This document shows positions 20,572-32,802 of a stretch of 64,000 nt of DNA, in pieces. Under the pieces are notes generated by a model. The model searched no databases and had not been told where the DNA came from. It saw only the letters and a list, made by a program, of their open reading frames with translations. The position numbers and the translations under genes are program-made. Positions within the stretch are counted from its first letter, which is position 1; each line of letters starts with the position of its first letter. The DNA is taken from the NCBI GenBank assembly GCA_036340235.1, contig JAYYZE010000011.1:39492-103491 (forward strand), given 5' to 3'. The stretch comes from Bacteroidota bacterium (GTDB lineage Bacteria > Bacteroidota > Bacteroidia > Flavobacteriales > UBA7312).

Positions 20572-21594
20572 ATGTCAAAAAGCAAACTTGAATACATTTG
20601 GCTGGACGGATACACTCCAACCCAAAACATGAGAAGCAAAACAAAAATTATTGATGACTTTAGCGGTAAGCTAGAAGACTGCCCTGTGTGGTCTTTTGAT
20701 GGTAGCTCTACTAAACAAGCAACTGGTAATTCTTCAGATTGTTTATTAAAGCCCGTTGCAATTTACCCAGATCCAACAAGAGTTAATGGTTTTTTAGTGA
20801 TGACCGAGGTTCTTAACAACGATGGTACACCGCATGAGTCGAACGGTCGTTCAACTATCGATGACGATGACAACGACTTTTGGTTTGGATTTGAACAGGA
20901 GTACTTCATAATGGATAAAGACACCCAGCTTCCCCTAGGCTTTCCGCTAGGAGGTTATCCTGGGCCACAAGGTCTGTACTATTGCTCTGTTGGAGGAAGA
21001 AATACTCATGGGCGAGAGTTTGTTGAGGAACATGCCGACTTGTGTTTAGAGGCTGGCATCAATTTTCAGGGAATCAACCAAGAAGTAGCTAGCGGACAAT
21101 GGGAATTTCAATTGTTTGCAAAGGGCGCCAAAAAAGCTGGTGATGAAATTTGGATAGCTCGTTATTTATTAGACAGATTAACAGAAAGCTATGGCTATTA
21201 CATAGAATATCACCCTAAACCTGTAAAAGGAGATTGGAACGGCTCTGGAATGCACGCCAATTTCTCAAACACTGTACTGAGAACCTGTGGCTCAAAGGAA
21301 GTTTACGAAAAAATATGTGAAGCTTTCAGACCTCTTGCAAAAGAACACATTTCTGTTTATGGCGAATTTAATGACGAACGATTAACCGGTTTGCATGAAA
21401 CTGCATCAATTAACGACTTTAGTTACGGCATTTCTGATCGTGGCGCATCTATAAGAATTCCTATTTTAACGGTTGAAAATGGCTGGAAAGGATGGCTTGA
21501 GGACAGAAGACCTGCATCTAATGCGGATCCATACAAAATTGCATCACGTATCATAAAAACAGTAAAGGGAGTATCAGTAGATTTATCCGTTTAA
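20572..21594 (+). CDS. glnII: glutamine synthetase, type II (eukaryote-like GSII)
   Basis: 340 aa. KLEYIWLDGYTP..., FGFEQEYF, NQEVASGQWEFQ, DWNGSGMHANFS and GASIRIP match the GSII pattern along the full length. Confidence 0.85.
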   Translation: MSKSKLEYIWLDGYTPTQNMRSKTKIIDDFSGKLEDCPVWSFDGSSTKQATGNSSDCLLKPVAIYPDPTRVNGFLVMTEVLNNDGTPHESNGRSTIDDDDNDFWFGFEQEYFIMDKDTQLPLGFPLGGYPGPQGLYYCSVGGRNTHGREFVEEHADLCLEAGINFQGINQEVASGQWEFQLFAKGAKKAGDEIWIARYLLDRLTESYGYYIEYHPKPVKGDWNGSGMHANFSNTVLRTCGSKEVYEKICEAFRPLAKEHISVYGEFNDERLTGLHETASINDFSYGISDRGASIRIPILTVENGWKGWLEDRRPASNADPYKIASRIIKTVKGVSVDLSV

Positions 21595-21606
21595 ATAAAA
21601 ACTATA

Positions 21607-21843
21607 CTATTTTTTTAAATTCTCATTAGTATCGTCATCCATTTTTTGGACTTCTTCTTTGACTGAGTTCGCAGTGGAACGAATTTCTCTTTTTATCTCA
21701 TCTGAGGCGTCTTTCATTTCTCTTATTCCTTTGGCTAAACCCCTGGCCAACTCAGGAATTTTTTTTGAGCCAAAAAGCATCACCACCACTAACATGATTA
21801 TTAGCACTTCAACCCCGCCGATAAATAGAAGCTGATTGGACAT
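21607..21843 (-). CDS. tatA: twin-arginine translocase subunit TatA/E
   Basis: 78 aa with one TM helix followed by FGSKKIPELARGLAKGIREMK and an amphipathic helix. Confidence 0.85.
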   Translation of the reverse strand: MSNQLLFIGGVEVLIIMLVVVMLFGSKKIPELARGLAKGIREMKDASDEIKREIRSTANSVKEEVQKMDDDTNENLKK

Positions 21844-21863
21844 GGATAATGGTTTTGAAAGAT

Positions 21864-24842
21864 TTATTTGTGTTTTTCTTTGCTTTTATTTGTTGAATCT
21901 AACATAATTGGTGAGGCTACAAATAATGAAGAATAGGTTCCAACAACCACCCCAACTAAGAGTGCAAACATAAACCCTCTAATGACTTCACCACCGAACA
22001 AGAATATTATAAAAAGTACAAAAAAAGTTGTCAAAGAGGTATTAACAGTTCTGCTTAGAGTACTATTAAGTGCGTTATTTACTAACTCATTAAAGTCTTT
22101 CTTTTTAAACAAACCCATGTGTTCACGAATGCGGTCAAATACAACAACGGTATCGTTCAAAGAATAACCTATTATGGTTAGCAAGGCGGCAATAAAAGCC
22201 TGGTCTATCTCAAGTGAAAATGGCAGTATTCCATAAAAAATGGAGAAGATTGACAGAACTATTAGGACATCATGGAAGACTGCTGCAACCGCTCCCAAAC
22301 TAAATTGCCATTTTCTAAACCTGATAAGGATATATAAAAATATAATCAACAAAGAGAAGATGATTGACCAAAGAGCCGACACTTTAATATCATCAGCAAT
22401 GGTAGGGCCAACTTTTTGAGAACTCATTACCTCAAAATTACCATATTGTGATAATCCTTCTGATAGTTGACTCATTACAAGATCATCAGCATTGAGGTCT
22501 TGACTTTCTATCAAGTATTTTGTGGTAATTTTAACTTGGTTATCATCACCAAAAGTCTTCACCTCAGGAAAAAGTTTCAGGCCATCATCATCAACAAAAT
22601 AGTTGCTCAATGTGTTTCTTAGTGATTCGTTTTCTATGCTGGAATCAAAACGAACAACAAAGGTTCGACCTCCTTTAAAGTCAACACCGTAATTCAATTT
22701 TTTAGTAACTAACGAGCCCACTCCAATTAAAATGATAATAGAAGAAATGGCGTAAAACAGCTTTCTCTTTCCAATAAAATCAATGGATGTATTTTTAAAT
22801 GCACCTCTAGTGATACTGTTATCAAAAGAAACACTTTCCTTTTTGCTCAGTCTCCAGAAAAAGATTAATCGTGTTATGAAGATGGCCGAAAATAATGATG
22901 TCAGAATACCAATGATTAAGGTAGTTGCAAATCCTTTAATTGGACCAGATCCGAAAACATATAACACAATCCCTGTAAGAAGTGTAGTAACATTGGCATC
23001 GATGATGGAACTGTAAGCATTCTTGTATCCATCTGAAAGTGATAATTTCAGACCCTTTCCATTAAGTAATTCTTCCCTAACACGTTCGTATATAAGCACG
23101 TTAGCGTCTACAGACATACCTATGGTAAGAACAATACCAGCTATTCCAGGAAGTGTCAATACGGCACCTATGGATGAGAGAACACCAAAAACAAAGAACA
23201 GGTTGGCCAGCAGAGCAACATTTGAAACTAGTCCAGCAAAACTGTAATAGAAAATCATGTATACCAATACTAAAACAAGCGCAATAATGAAAGACTTTAA
23301 GCCAGAATCAATGGCTTCTTGACCTAGCGATGGACCTACAATCGCTTCTTCTATAATTCGTGCCGGCGCTGGCAACTTTCCAGATTTAAGGATGTTTGAT
23401 AGGTCGTTTGCCTCGTTTATAGTGAAATTACCTGTTATTTGAGACCTTCCACCAGATATTTCGGACTGCACCGTGGGAAAAGAATAGACATAATCATCTA
23501 AAACAATGGCAACACTTTTTCCAATATTGTCGGATGTTAGACGTTTCCATTGTCTAGCGCCTTCGGCGTTCATTGTCATTGATACTTCAGGAACACCGTT
23601 AAACTGACCAAAGTCAGTCCTTGCATCCGTAACCACATCACCTTCCATTGCGGCCTTACCATCACGAGAAGTAATCTGTAATGCTACTAGCTGAACAAAC
23701 TTTCCTTCAGGGTCATATGGTTTTACTGTCCAAGCAAATTTTATATCACGTGGTAGAATATCTTTGACCTCCGGCAAGTTTAGGTAAGCATTGACCTTGG
23801 CTGTGTCTTTAATGGATGATATACCACAAACGGGGCCACTATTTGGTTGGTTTGATTGGTTTATGTTTGGAAATAGTACAGCATATAACGGATTATCTTT
23901 ATTAAATTGCTCAGCTGACAATGATGTACTGTCCGATGCCAGTTCTGAGGAGGCTGACGACCCATTAACAGCCAAATCAGAAATGAAGTCTTCGTCGCTG
24001 ACGGCTGTACTGTCAACTGGCTCAATAGAACTGATACTAGCGACTACGCTATCTTGTGATTCGGTCTCAATAGTTGTTTTTAGGAAAGTATTTACTTGGT
24101 CTATAAAACCTATTACTTGGGCATTTTCGTAAGTTTCCCAAAATTCTAATTGGGCTGTCCCTTGCAAAAGTTTTCTTACTCGTTCAGGATTTTTCACCCC
24201 AGGTAGTTCTACAAGAATTCTGCCAGATCCTTCCAGACGCTGAATATTAGGCTGTGTCACGCCGAAGCGGTCGATTCTAGATCTTAAAATATTGAATGAT
24301 CGGCTAATTGCATCCTCAACTTCTTGACGGATAACAACTATCACCTCATCGTTTGTAGAGTTGGAGTTTATTTTGTCTTTAAGCTCGGGTGTATAAAAAA
24401 TAGACGCCAATTTTCCCTCAGGACTTATTTCAAAAAAGGATTGACCAAAAAGTGTCACAAAATCATCTTGACTGTTTCTTTGCTTTTCTTTTGCCAATTG
24501 AATAGCCAAGCGAAAACTTTCGTCAGTATTGTAATTGGACATGGCTCTAATGACATCCACCACCGAAACTTCAAGAGTAACATTCATCCCTCCTTTAAGG
24601 TCAAGACCTAGATTAATTTCTCTAGACTTACATTCATTGTAAGTGTATTTTTTGATACCAATGTTGTAGACAGGTTCGGATGCTATGGAGTCCAAGTATC
24701 TTTTTTCTTTCATTTCGTCGCCTCCAGAGTAGGCAATAGCGTCTTTTTCTACGCCATCAGAAATCCAAGTAAAAGACAACTGGTAAAGGCAGACTATAGC
24801 AAATATTATTGCGAAAAACGAAACAAAACTTTTGTTGTGCAT
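21864..24842 (-). CDS. secDF: protein translocase subunit SecDF (fused)
   Basis: 992 aa with SecD and SecF halves. Each half has 6 TM helices and a periplasmic domain (LGLDLKGGM, YGVDFKGG). Confidence 0.95.
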   Translation of the reverse strand: MHNKSFVSFFAIIFAIVCLYQLSFTWISDGVEKDAIAYSGGDEMKEKRYLDSIASEPVYNIGIKKYTYNECKSREINLGLDLKGGMNVTLEVSVVDVIRAMSNYNTDESFRLAIQLAKEKQRNSQDDFVTLFGQSFFEISPEGKLASIFYTPELKDKINSNSTNDEVIVVIRQEVEDAISRSFNILRSRIDRFGVTQPNIQRLEGSGRILVELPGVKNPERVRKLLQGTAQLEFWETYENAQVIGFIDQVNTFLKTTIETESQDSVVASISSIEPVDSTAVSDEDFISDLAVNGSSASSELASDSTSLSAEQFNKDNPLYAVLFPNINQSNQPNSGPVCGISSIKDTAKVNAYLNLPEVKDILPRDIKFAWTVKPYDPEGKFVQLVALQITSRDGKAAMEGDVVTDARTDFGQFNGVPEVSMTMNAEGARQWKRLTSDNIGKSVAIVLDDYVYSFPTVQSEISGGRSQITGNFTINEANDLSNILKSGKLPAPARIIEEAIVGPSLGQEAIDSGLKSFIIALVLVLVYMIFYYSFAGLVSNVALLANLFFVFGVLSSIGAVLTLPGIAGIVLTIGMSVDANVLIYERVREELLNGKGLKLSLSDGYKNAYSSIIDANVTTLLTGIVLYVFGSGPIKGFATTLIIGILTSLFSAIFITRLIFFWRLSKKESVSFDNSITRGAFKNTSIDFIGKRKLFYAISSIIILIGVGSLVTKKLNYGVDFKGGRTFVVRFDSSIENESLRNTLSNYFVDDDGLKLFPEVKTFGDDNQVKITTKYLIESQDLNADDLVMSQLSEGLSQYGNFEVMSSQKVGPTIADDIKVSALWSIIFSLLIIFLYILIRFRKWQFSLGAVAAVFHDVLIVLSIFSIFYGILPFSLEIDQAFIAALLTIIGYSLNDTVVVFDRIREHMGLFKKKDFNELVNNALNSTLSRTVNTSLTTFFVLFIIFLFGGEVIRGFMFALLVGVVVGTYSSLFVASPIMLDSTNKSKEKHK

Positions 24843-24976
24843 ATCAGTAGGTGTTTTTTATAACCGGCAAATATAGAATTTCATATTTGAAATACCAATT
24901 TATAAATCATTGTTTAGACAAATAGCATTTTGACATTAATCTTTGTGATATGAATTTTTATTAACTTTGTATTTTC

Positions 24977-27169
24977 ATGAAGAGTTTCCTTTCTATATGT
25001 TTATTTTTTTTGTGGTTAAGCAGCTCATCTCAATTTCTAAATAGAGCTGATTTATCGATTTTAGAAAATGGTGCTATTATTTCCAACCCACTTACTGGTG
25101 GATTCAATTCAGTTCAGATTTCTAACATTGACCTCAATGGCGATAACTTTTTAGATCTTTTTGTATTTGAGAGAACTGGCGATCGCATTCTATGTTTTGA
25201 AAACAGCTCAACCAACAAATATATAAGCTATGACTACGCCAAAGACTACGAAAAACTATTTCCCAAATTAGAAAAATGGGCACTTTTGGTAGATTACAAT
25301 TGTGATGGCAAAGCAGACATTTTTACATACAATGGTAGCTACGTAAGAGTATTCAAAAATACTTCTCAGTCCGAAAGCACAAATTTTCAATTAGAAACTA
25401 ATGAAATTGTTAGCAACCTAGGTTCAATCACTGGTGGCATTATTATTTCAGAAGTTGATATCCCTGCTTTTGTGGATGTGGATTTTGACGGAGACATTGA
25501 CATATTAACCTTCAAACAAAGTGGTGGATACGTGGAGTACCACCGCAACATGAGCATTGAAAATTATGGAAATTGCGACCACTTAGAATTTGTTTTGGAA
25601 ACCGATTGTTGGGGTGAGTTTTTTGAAGGGCAAAACGAATACGACTTAAATAGTTGTTCAAGCAGCGCTGGCAGTCAAACAAGTGAATTGAGAACAACTT
25701 CCAATACAAGGCACAGCGGCTCATCATCGCTAGCTATGGATATTGACGGTGATAATGACATTGACCTTATACTGGGTGATGTGTCTTTCAATAATCTGAA
25801 TCTGCTAACTAATAATGGCAATTCTCAATTTTCGAGCATTGGTGCTGTGAATCAAGATTTTCCTATTGGCAATGGCAGTACCACAAGCGCATACATTGAA
25901 TCCTTCCCAGCAGCCTTTCATGTAGATGTTAATAATGACAATGCTCGTGATTTAATAGTAAGTCCTAATACCAACAACAACGCTGAAGATTTTGAAAGTA
26001 TCATGTTATTTCTTAATGTTGGTAGCGACGACACGCCTAGCTTTAAATTCTATCAATCAAATTTTTTGCAAGATAACACCCTAGATTTTGGCACCGCTGC
26101 CTATCCTGCTTCCCTAGATTACAATAACGATGGACTAATTGACCTTCTTATAGGCAACTATGGCTATCATCAAGGAAATAATCCCTCATCTCAATTAGCA
26201 TTGCTTAGGAACATTGGAAGCCCAGAATCACCTAGTTTTGAAGTAGTAAACAGAGATTTTGCAAACCTTTCACAAATTGCATTAGACACTGCGTTGAACA
26301 TTTCGGTCAGTGGTTTATCTCCTACATTTGGAGATTTAGATGGTGATGGTGATCTAGACCTTGTTGTGGGAGACAGTAATGGCAGACTTCACTATTTCAA
26401 AAACAACGCAAATCCTGGTGAGCTGCCACAATTTGAGTTAGAAAATGTCAACTTCTTTGAAATAGACATCAATCAATATGCCTCTCCATTTTTGTTTGAC
26501 ATGAACGAAGATGGCTTGTTGGACTTGGTGATTGGAAGAGTGGATGGCACCCTGAGTTACGCCCAAAATAATGGCACAACAACTGCACCAATCTTTAACA
26601 TATTGACAGACAATTTTGGAAACGTATTGGTCGCTAATACTGACGGACCATACGGCTTCAGCAAGCCCTTTTTATACAAAGAAAATGGTGAAACGGAGCT
26701 ACTGATAGGAAGTGAAAGTGGTCGTATTTATCACTACAAAAATATAGAAAACAACCTAGAAGGCACCTTTGATTTAGTAGATGATTTCTTTCAAAATATT
26801 GATGAAGGCACAAACAGTGCGTTTGTGTTTGAAGATTTTACAAATGACAACAAACGCGATTTAATTTTAGGGATGCAATCTGGAGGTTTATTCTATTATG
26901 TAAACGAAGCATTCTCGACTATTCAATTACCGTCTATTCTTGAAGAAATAGAAATTTATCCAAATCCTGCCTTCAAAGATCTCATTATCAATACCAAAGG
27001 AAAAACCGTTAATATTAGCATTTATTCTTTGCTTGGTCAATTACTTTACTTTCAGGAATTACAAACAAAAACAAGTATTGATATTAGTAACTTTAGCCCC
27101 TCCGCATATCTTGTTCATGTTGAAGACTCACAAACATCTACATGGCAAAAAATAATAGTAAACAGGTAA
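24977..27169 (+). CDS. FG-GAP/VCBS repeat protein with T9SS type A C-terminal sorting domain
   Basis: 730 aa with a signal peptide. Nine D-x-[DN]-x-D-G/N-x-x-D loops (DLNGDNFLDL, DVDFDGDIDIL, DIDGDNDIDLI, DLDGDGDLDLV, DMNEDGLLDLV and others). C-terminus is IEIYPNPAFKDLIIN...ISIYSLLGQLL...YLVHV. Confidence 0.8.
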   Translation: MKSFLSICLFFLWLSSSSQFLNRADLSILENGAIISNPLTGGFNSVQISNIDLNGDNFLDLFVFERTGDRILCFENSSTNKYISYDYAKDYEKLFPKLEKWALLVDYNCDGKADIFTYNGSYVRVFKNTSQSESTNFQLETNEIVSNLGSITGGIIISEVDIPAFVDVDFDGDIDILTFKQSGGYVEYHRNMSIENYGNCDHLEFVLETDCWGEFFEGQNEYDLNSCSSSAGSQTSELRTTSNTRHSGSSSLAMDIDGDNDIDLILGDVSFNNLNLLTNNGNSQFSSIGAVNQDFPIGNGSTTSAYIESFPAAFHVDVNNDNARDLIVSPNTNNNAEDFESIMLFLNVGSDDTPSFKFYQSNFLQDNTLDFGTAAYPASLDYNNDGLIDLLIGNYGYHQGNNPSSQLALLRNIGSPESPSFEVVNRDFANLSQIALDTALNISVSGLSPTFGDLDGDGDLDLVVGDSNGRLHYFKNNANPGELPQFELENVNFFEIDINQYASPFLFDMNEDGLLDLVIGRVDGTLSYAQNNGTTTAPIFNILTDNFGNVLVANTDGPYGFSKPFLYKENGETELLIGSESGRIYHYKNIENNLEGTFDLVDDFFQNIDEGTNSAFVFEDFTNDNKRDLILGMQSGGLFYYVNEAFSTIQLPSILEEIEIYPNPAFKDLIINTKGKTVNISIYSLLGQLLYFQELQTKTSIDISNFSPSAYLVHVEDSQTSTWQKIIVNR

Positions 27170-28105
27170 CTATTTAGCGGTGTTAGTCAACAATTCATTA
27201 GTTGATCGAACAGCTTCGGCAGATTCCATTAGTTTACTTTTCTCTGTTTTGTCAAGTTCAATCTCTACTACTCGTTCAATGCCATTTTTACCTAATACAA
27301 CGGGCACTCCAAGACAGATATCTTTTAATCCATATTCGCCATCGAGAAGCGTTGAGCAAGGAAATAGTTTGTGTTGATCGCAAGCAATGGATTGTACAAG
27401 CGATGAAACCGCTGCTCCTGGAGCATACCATGCAGATGTGCCAAGCATTGAAGTTAGTGTCGCTCCACCAACCTTGGTATCCTCTAACACCTGCTCGAGT
27501 CGTTCGTTTGATAAAAATTCAGACACTCTTATGCTATTTCTTGTAGCCAATCTGGTAAGAGGTAACATTCCTTTGTCACTATGACCACCTATAACCATTC
27601 CATCTACATCAGAAGCTGGACAACCTAAAGCCTCGCTAAGTCTGTATTTGAATCGTGCACTATCTAATGCGCCTCCCATACCGATGATTCTATTTTTTGG
27701 TAATCCAGTAACTTCATGGGCCAAGAAAGTCATGGTGTCCATAGGATTGGTAACAATAATCAAAATTACATTGGATGAATACTTAATGAGGTTCTCAGAA
27801 ACCGATTTGACAATACCTGCGTTGATGCCTATTAATTCCTCACGTGTCATGCCTGGCTTTCGAGGAATACCACTAGTGATAACAGCTATGTCACTGTTAG
27901 CGGTTTTTGAATAATTGTTAGTGTATCCAGTAATTTTTGTGTCAAAGCCATTAAGGGTGGCTGTTTGCATTAAATCCATGGCTTTACCTTCAGCATAGTT
28001 CTCTTTGATATCTACTAATGTAACCTCAGACGCAAAATCCTTGAGTGCTATGTATTCCGCGCAACTAGCACCAACTGAACCCGCACCAACTATTGTAATT
28101 TTCAT
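27170..28105 (-). CDS. mdh: malate dehydrogenase (LDH-like)
   Basis: 311 aa. MKITIVGAGSVGAS, GIPRKPGMTREEL and IGMGGALDSARF. Confidence 0.95.
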   Translation of the reverse strand: MKITIVGAGSVGASCAEYIALKDFASEVTLVDIKENYAEGKAMDLMQTATLNGFDTKITGYTNNYSKTANSDIAVITSGIPRKPGMTREELIGINAGIVKSVSENLIKYSSNVILIIVTNPMDTMTFLAHEVTGLPKNRIIGMGGALDSARFKYRLSEALGCPASDVDGMVIGGHSDKGMLPLTRLATRNSIRVSEFLSNERLEQVLEDTKVGGATLTSMLGTSAWYAPGAAVSSLVQSIACDQHKLFPCSTLLDGEYGLKDICLGVPVVLGKNGIERVVEIELDKTEKSKLMESAEAVRSTNELLTNTAK

Positions 28106-28118
28106 ATTTTTTTTTTTG

Positions 28119-28126
28119 CAAATCTA
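28119..28126 (-). promoter_or_regulatory. -7 box TAGATTTG for mdh, followed by an A11 leader
   Basis: Minus strand reads TAGATTTG-C-AAAAAAAAAAA-T-ATG. This matches TAnnTTTG. No clean -33 TTTG at the expected spacing. Confidence 0.4.
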
Positions 28127-28250
28127 AAAAAACCTTGGACAATGTATATTTAAGATCTATAATTTTCTAAAAAAACATCTTTTGTGAAATCGAAATTAAA
28201 ATCGTAAATTTAAAAACTCAATTTTGAACCTTAATCTACACGTTTGTTTT

Positions 28251-30740
28251 ATGAGATTTTTATTTGCATTCTCAACTCTTTTCTTATTAGGTACTCAGAA
28301 TGCCTTTGCCCAGATTGACGCTGGAGAAGATATAACAATTTGTAGTCCGCAAAATGTTAACTTATCATCAGTGTATGTGCCAAATTCTGTTGGCACTAAC
28401 GACTACACCCTTGAAAATATACCACTTAATATGGATCCATTTGCCAACGGCTCATCAATAGGAAACTTAACTGACGACTCATTTTCAGGAGTTATTGACA
28501 TCGGATTTAACTTTTGTTTTTACAGTAATTTTTATGATGAACTTCTAATATCGACCAATAATTATGTCACATTTGATTTAACAGAAGCAAACGGATACTC
28601 ACCTTGGAATACGTACGAAATCCCAAGCGCATTTCCCCCTGGCGAAGTAATTAACGCCATTATGGGCCCTTGGATGGACCTTAACCCAAACAATGGAGGC
28701 AACTTGTATTACAATGTTTACGGAGTTGCTCCTTTTAGAAGATTCGTGGTTTCTTTTGAAAATTTTGGCTATTACTCATGTAGTGGAATGGCTTTCAACG
28801 GTCAGATTAAGCTGTTCGAAACAACCAATGTAATAGAAATACATATCCAAGATCAGCCATTATGTGACACTTGGAATAATGGAGAGTCAGTTCTTGGTAT
28901 TGTGAACGAAGATGAAAGTCAATTTTTGATTGAAACTGGTTGGAATAATACCCAATTAACGGGAAATAATGAAGCATTTAGATTTGTTCCATCGGGTGCT
29001 GCTTTAAACAATATAGTTTGGACAGATGACTTAGGTGTTGTGGTAGGAAATGGTATCAACATTGATGTTTTCACTAATTCGACAACCACCTACACATGTA
29101 CAGCTTATGAATGTCCTGATGAAATTACTGATCAAGTCACCGTATTCGTTTCAGACGTTGGATCTGCGACAATAAATACATTCATTAACGACAATAACTG
29201 CCCAGGTGAAATTTCTGCTAGTATAGACATAACTGTAAACAATGTCACTACGCCTTACATTATAACATGGACATCCACTAATTCATTTTCATCAAACCAA
29301 GAAGATATCATTAATTTGGAAGCTGGTGATTATAGCCTACTACTTAGTGATGATTTTGGCTGTGAGTCAAATTTTGGTCCCTTCACTATATCACCTCCTC
29401 CGCCTCCTATCCAATTTAGTGAATCCATAGACCCCGTGAGCTGCTATGGCTTCAGTGACGGTACTGTTGCCATAACAGTTAGTGGTGGCACACCAAATTA
29501 TAGTTACCAATGGAGTGGGAATAACCCGATAACAGGCGAAACGACATCTATAATTACAGACTTAGCAGCAGGCATTTATCAAGTAGTGATTACAGACAAC
29601 AATGGCTGTCAAAATTCGGCATCATATGAAGTCACTCAAAATTCATCTATAAACGTAGAAAGTACAGCCTCCAACTTTAATGGCTACAACAACCGATGTT
29701 ATGGTGGTAATGAGGCCTGGATTTCTTGCGTAGCCACTGGAGGATTACTTCCATACCAATATTTATGGATAAATGAATCCTTAGACACTGTTTCTACTCA
29801 AGCCGACGTCTATGGACTAGTAACTGGTACTTACGACTTTATTGTCACCGACGCCGAGGGCTGTCCCAACTTCTTATCCTTCGAAGTAACACAACCTGAT
29901 TCCGTAGCTATCGATTTATCGAACTACAGCCACAAAAGCTGCACATACAATGACGATGGTTTTATTGAAGTGGTCACTTGGGGAGGACCTGACAACCCGG
30001 TAAATTCACAAAATTATTTCCCTTTAGATATAGAATGGAAAGGAGTCAATTCCTTTTACTCCAATGATGAAAATATATATAACCTAAGCAATGGGTTGTA
30101 CACCATTTCGGTAACCGACATCAACAATTGTACTAATGATTTGAGCTTCGAAATCACTGAACCGCCAGTGGTAATTGCCGACTATTGGGTGATGAATGAC
30201 ACCATAACTATCAATTACCCTTTTGTAAATTTATATGATCGTTCTAAAGGCAATATTGTTGATTGGCAATGGGAGCTTAGCAATGGATTTTATGCAAGCT
30301 CACAAGACATTTTCAATCTTGACTTGTCCACTAATTTTGACTCTACAGGGATTAAATATTTTGATCTTAAACTAGTAGTTACCGACGAATTTATGTGTCA
30401 AGACAGCACCTTTGGAAAATTAGCCATCAAAGATGAACATACTTTATATGTACCAAACAGTTTTACTCCAGACCTAGACGGCAACAATGATATATTTAGA
30501 ATCTACCATAAATCCATGAAAACGGAAACCTTCTCAATCAAAATTTTTGACCGATTTGGTTCAGTAATTTTTCAATCCAACAACCCTGATGTGGAATGGG
30601 ACGGCACCAATATGTTTACATCATCCAAAATAATAACAGGCACATACACCTATCTTATTAAATATCAAGATTTTGAAGGCAGGATATATGATCACACCAA
30701 TTGCGAAAATTGTAGCGGAACGATTACGCTGTTACGTTAA
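28251..30740 (+). CDS. SprB-repeat adhesin-like protein with T9SS type B (gliding-motility-associated) C-terminal domain
   Basis: ATG at 28251 gives the signal peptide MRFLFAFSTLFLLGTQNAFAQ (the track start at 28224 is a TTG). At least 4 SprB-type repeats (VSCYGFSDGTVAITVSGGTPNYSYQW, NRCYGGNEAWISCVATGGLLPYQYLW and others). C-terminus is YVPNSFTPDLDGNNDIFRI...EWDGTN...GTYTYLI...GTITLLR. Confidence 0.8.
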   Translation: MRFLFAFSTLFLLGTQNAFAQIDAGEDITICSPQNVNLSSVYVPNSVGTNDYTLENIPLNMDPFANGSSIGNLTDDSFSGVIDIGFNFCFYSNFYDELLISTNNYVTFDLTEANGYSPWNTYEIPSAFPPGEVINAIMGPWMDLNPNNGGNLYYNVYGVAPFRRFVVSFENFGYYSCSGMAFNGQIKLFETTNVIEIHIQDQPLCDTWNNGESVLGIVNEDESQFLIETGWNNTQLTGNNEAFRFVPSGAALNNIVWTDDLGVVVGNGINIDVFTNSTTTYTCTAYECPDEITDQVTVFVSDVGSATINTFINDNNCPGEISASIDITVNNVTTPYIITWTSTNSFSSNQEDIINLEAGDYSLLLSDDFGCESNFGPFTISPPPPPIQFSESIDPVSCYGFSDGTVAITVSGGTPNYSYQWSGNNPITGETTSIITDLAAGIYQVVITDNNGCQNSASYEVTQNSSINVESTASNFNGYNNRCYGGNEAWISCVATGGLLPYQYLWINESLDTVSTQADVYGLVTGTYDFIVTDAEGCPNFLSFEVTQPDSVAIDLSNYSHKSCTYNDDGFIEVVTWGGPDNPVNSQNYFPLDIEWKGVNSFYSNDENIYNLSNGLYTISVTDINNCTNDLSFEITEPPVVIADYWVMNDTITINYPFVNLYDRSKGNIVDWQWELSNGFYASSQDIFNLDLSTNFDSTGIKYFDLKLVVTDEFMCQDSTFGKLAIKDEHTLYVPNSFTPDLDGNNDIFRIYHKSMKTETFSIKIFDRFGSVIFQSNNPDVEWDGTNMFTSSKIITGTYTYLIKYQDFEGRIYDHTNCENCSGTITLLR

Positions 30741-30743
30741 TTT

Positions 30744-32696
<1,953 letters not shown>

Positions 32697-32724
32697 TTAT
32701 TGTGCGTTTTCTATGTGTATAAAC

Positions 32725-32732
32725 AAATTTAA
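32725..32732 (-). promoter_or_regulatory. -7 box TAAATTTG upstream of gyrB
   Basis: Minus strand TAAATTTG lies 43 nt before the gyrB ATG and matches TAnnTTTG. The -33 element is poor (TTTC). Confidence 0.35.
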
Positions 32733-32752
32733 AAAAAGGATAATAATATCCG
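32732..32752 (-). terminator. weak intrinsic terminator after the TPR/barrel operon
   Basis: Minus strand GGATA-TTAT-TATCC followed by TTTTTTT. The stem is only 5 bp and AT-rich, so the call is tentative. Confidence 0.3.
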
Positions 32753-32802
32753 AAAAAAAAGACTTGTAATATGCCTCTATTTATTAACAAAAAGTGAATA
32801 AA

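Noticed and set aside
20572-21594. Eukaryote-like type II glutamine synthetase as a possible horizontal transfer.
   Set aside because: Full-length GSII genes are a normal feature of several bacterial groups. By eye nothing in composition or context (flanked by OmpA-family and tatA/secDF genes) marks it as foreign. I cannot compute composition statistics here.
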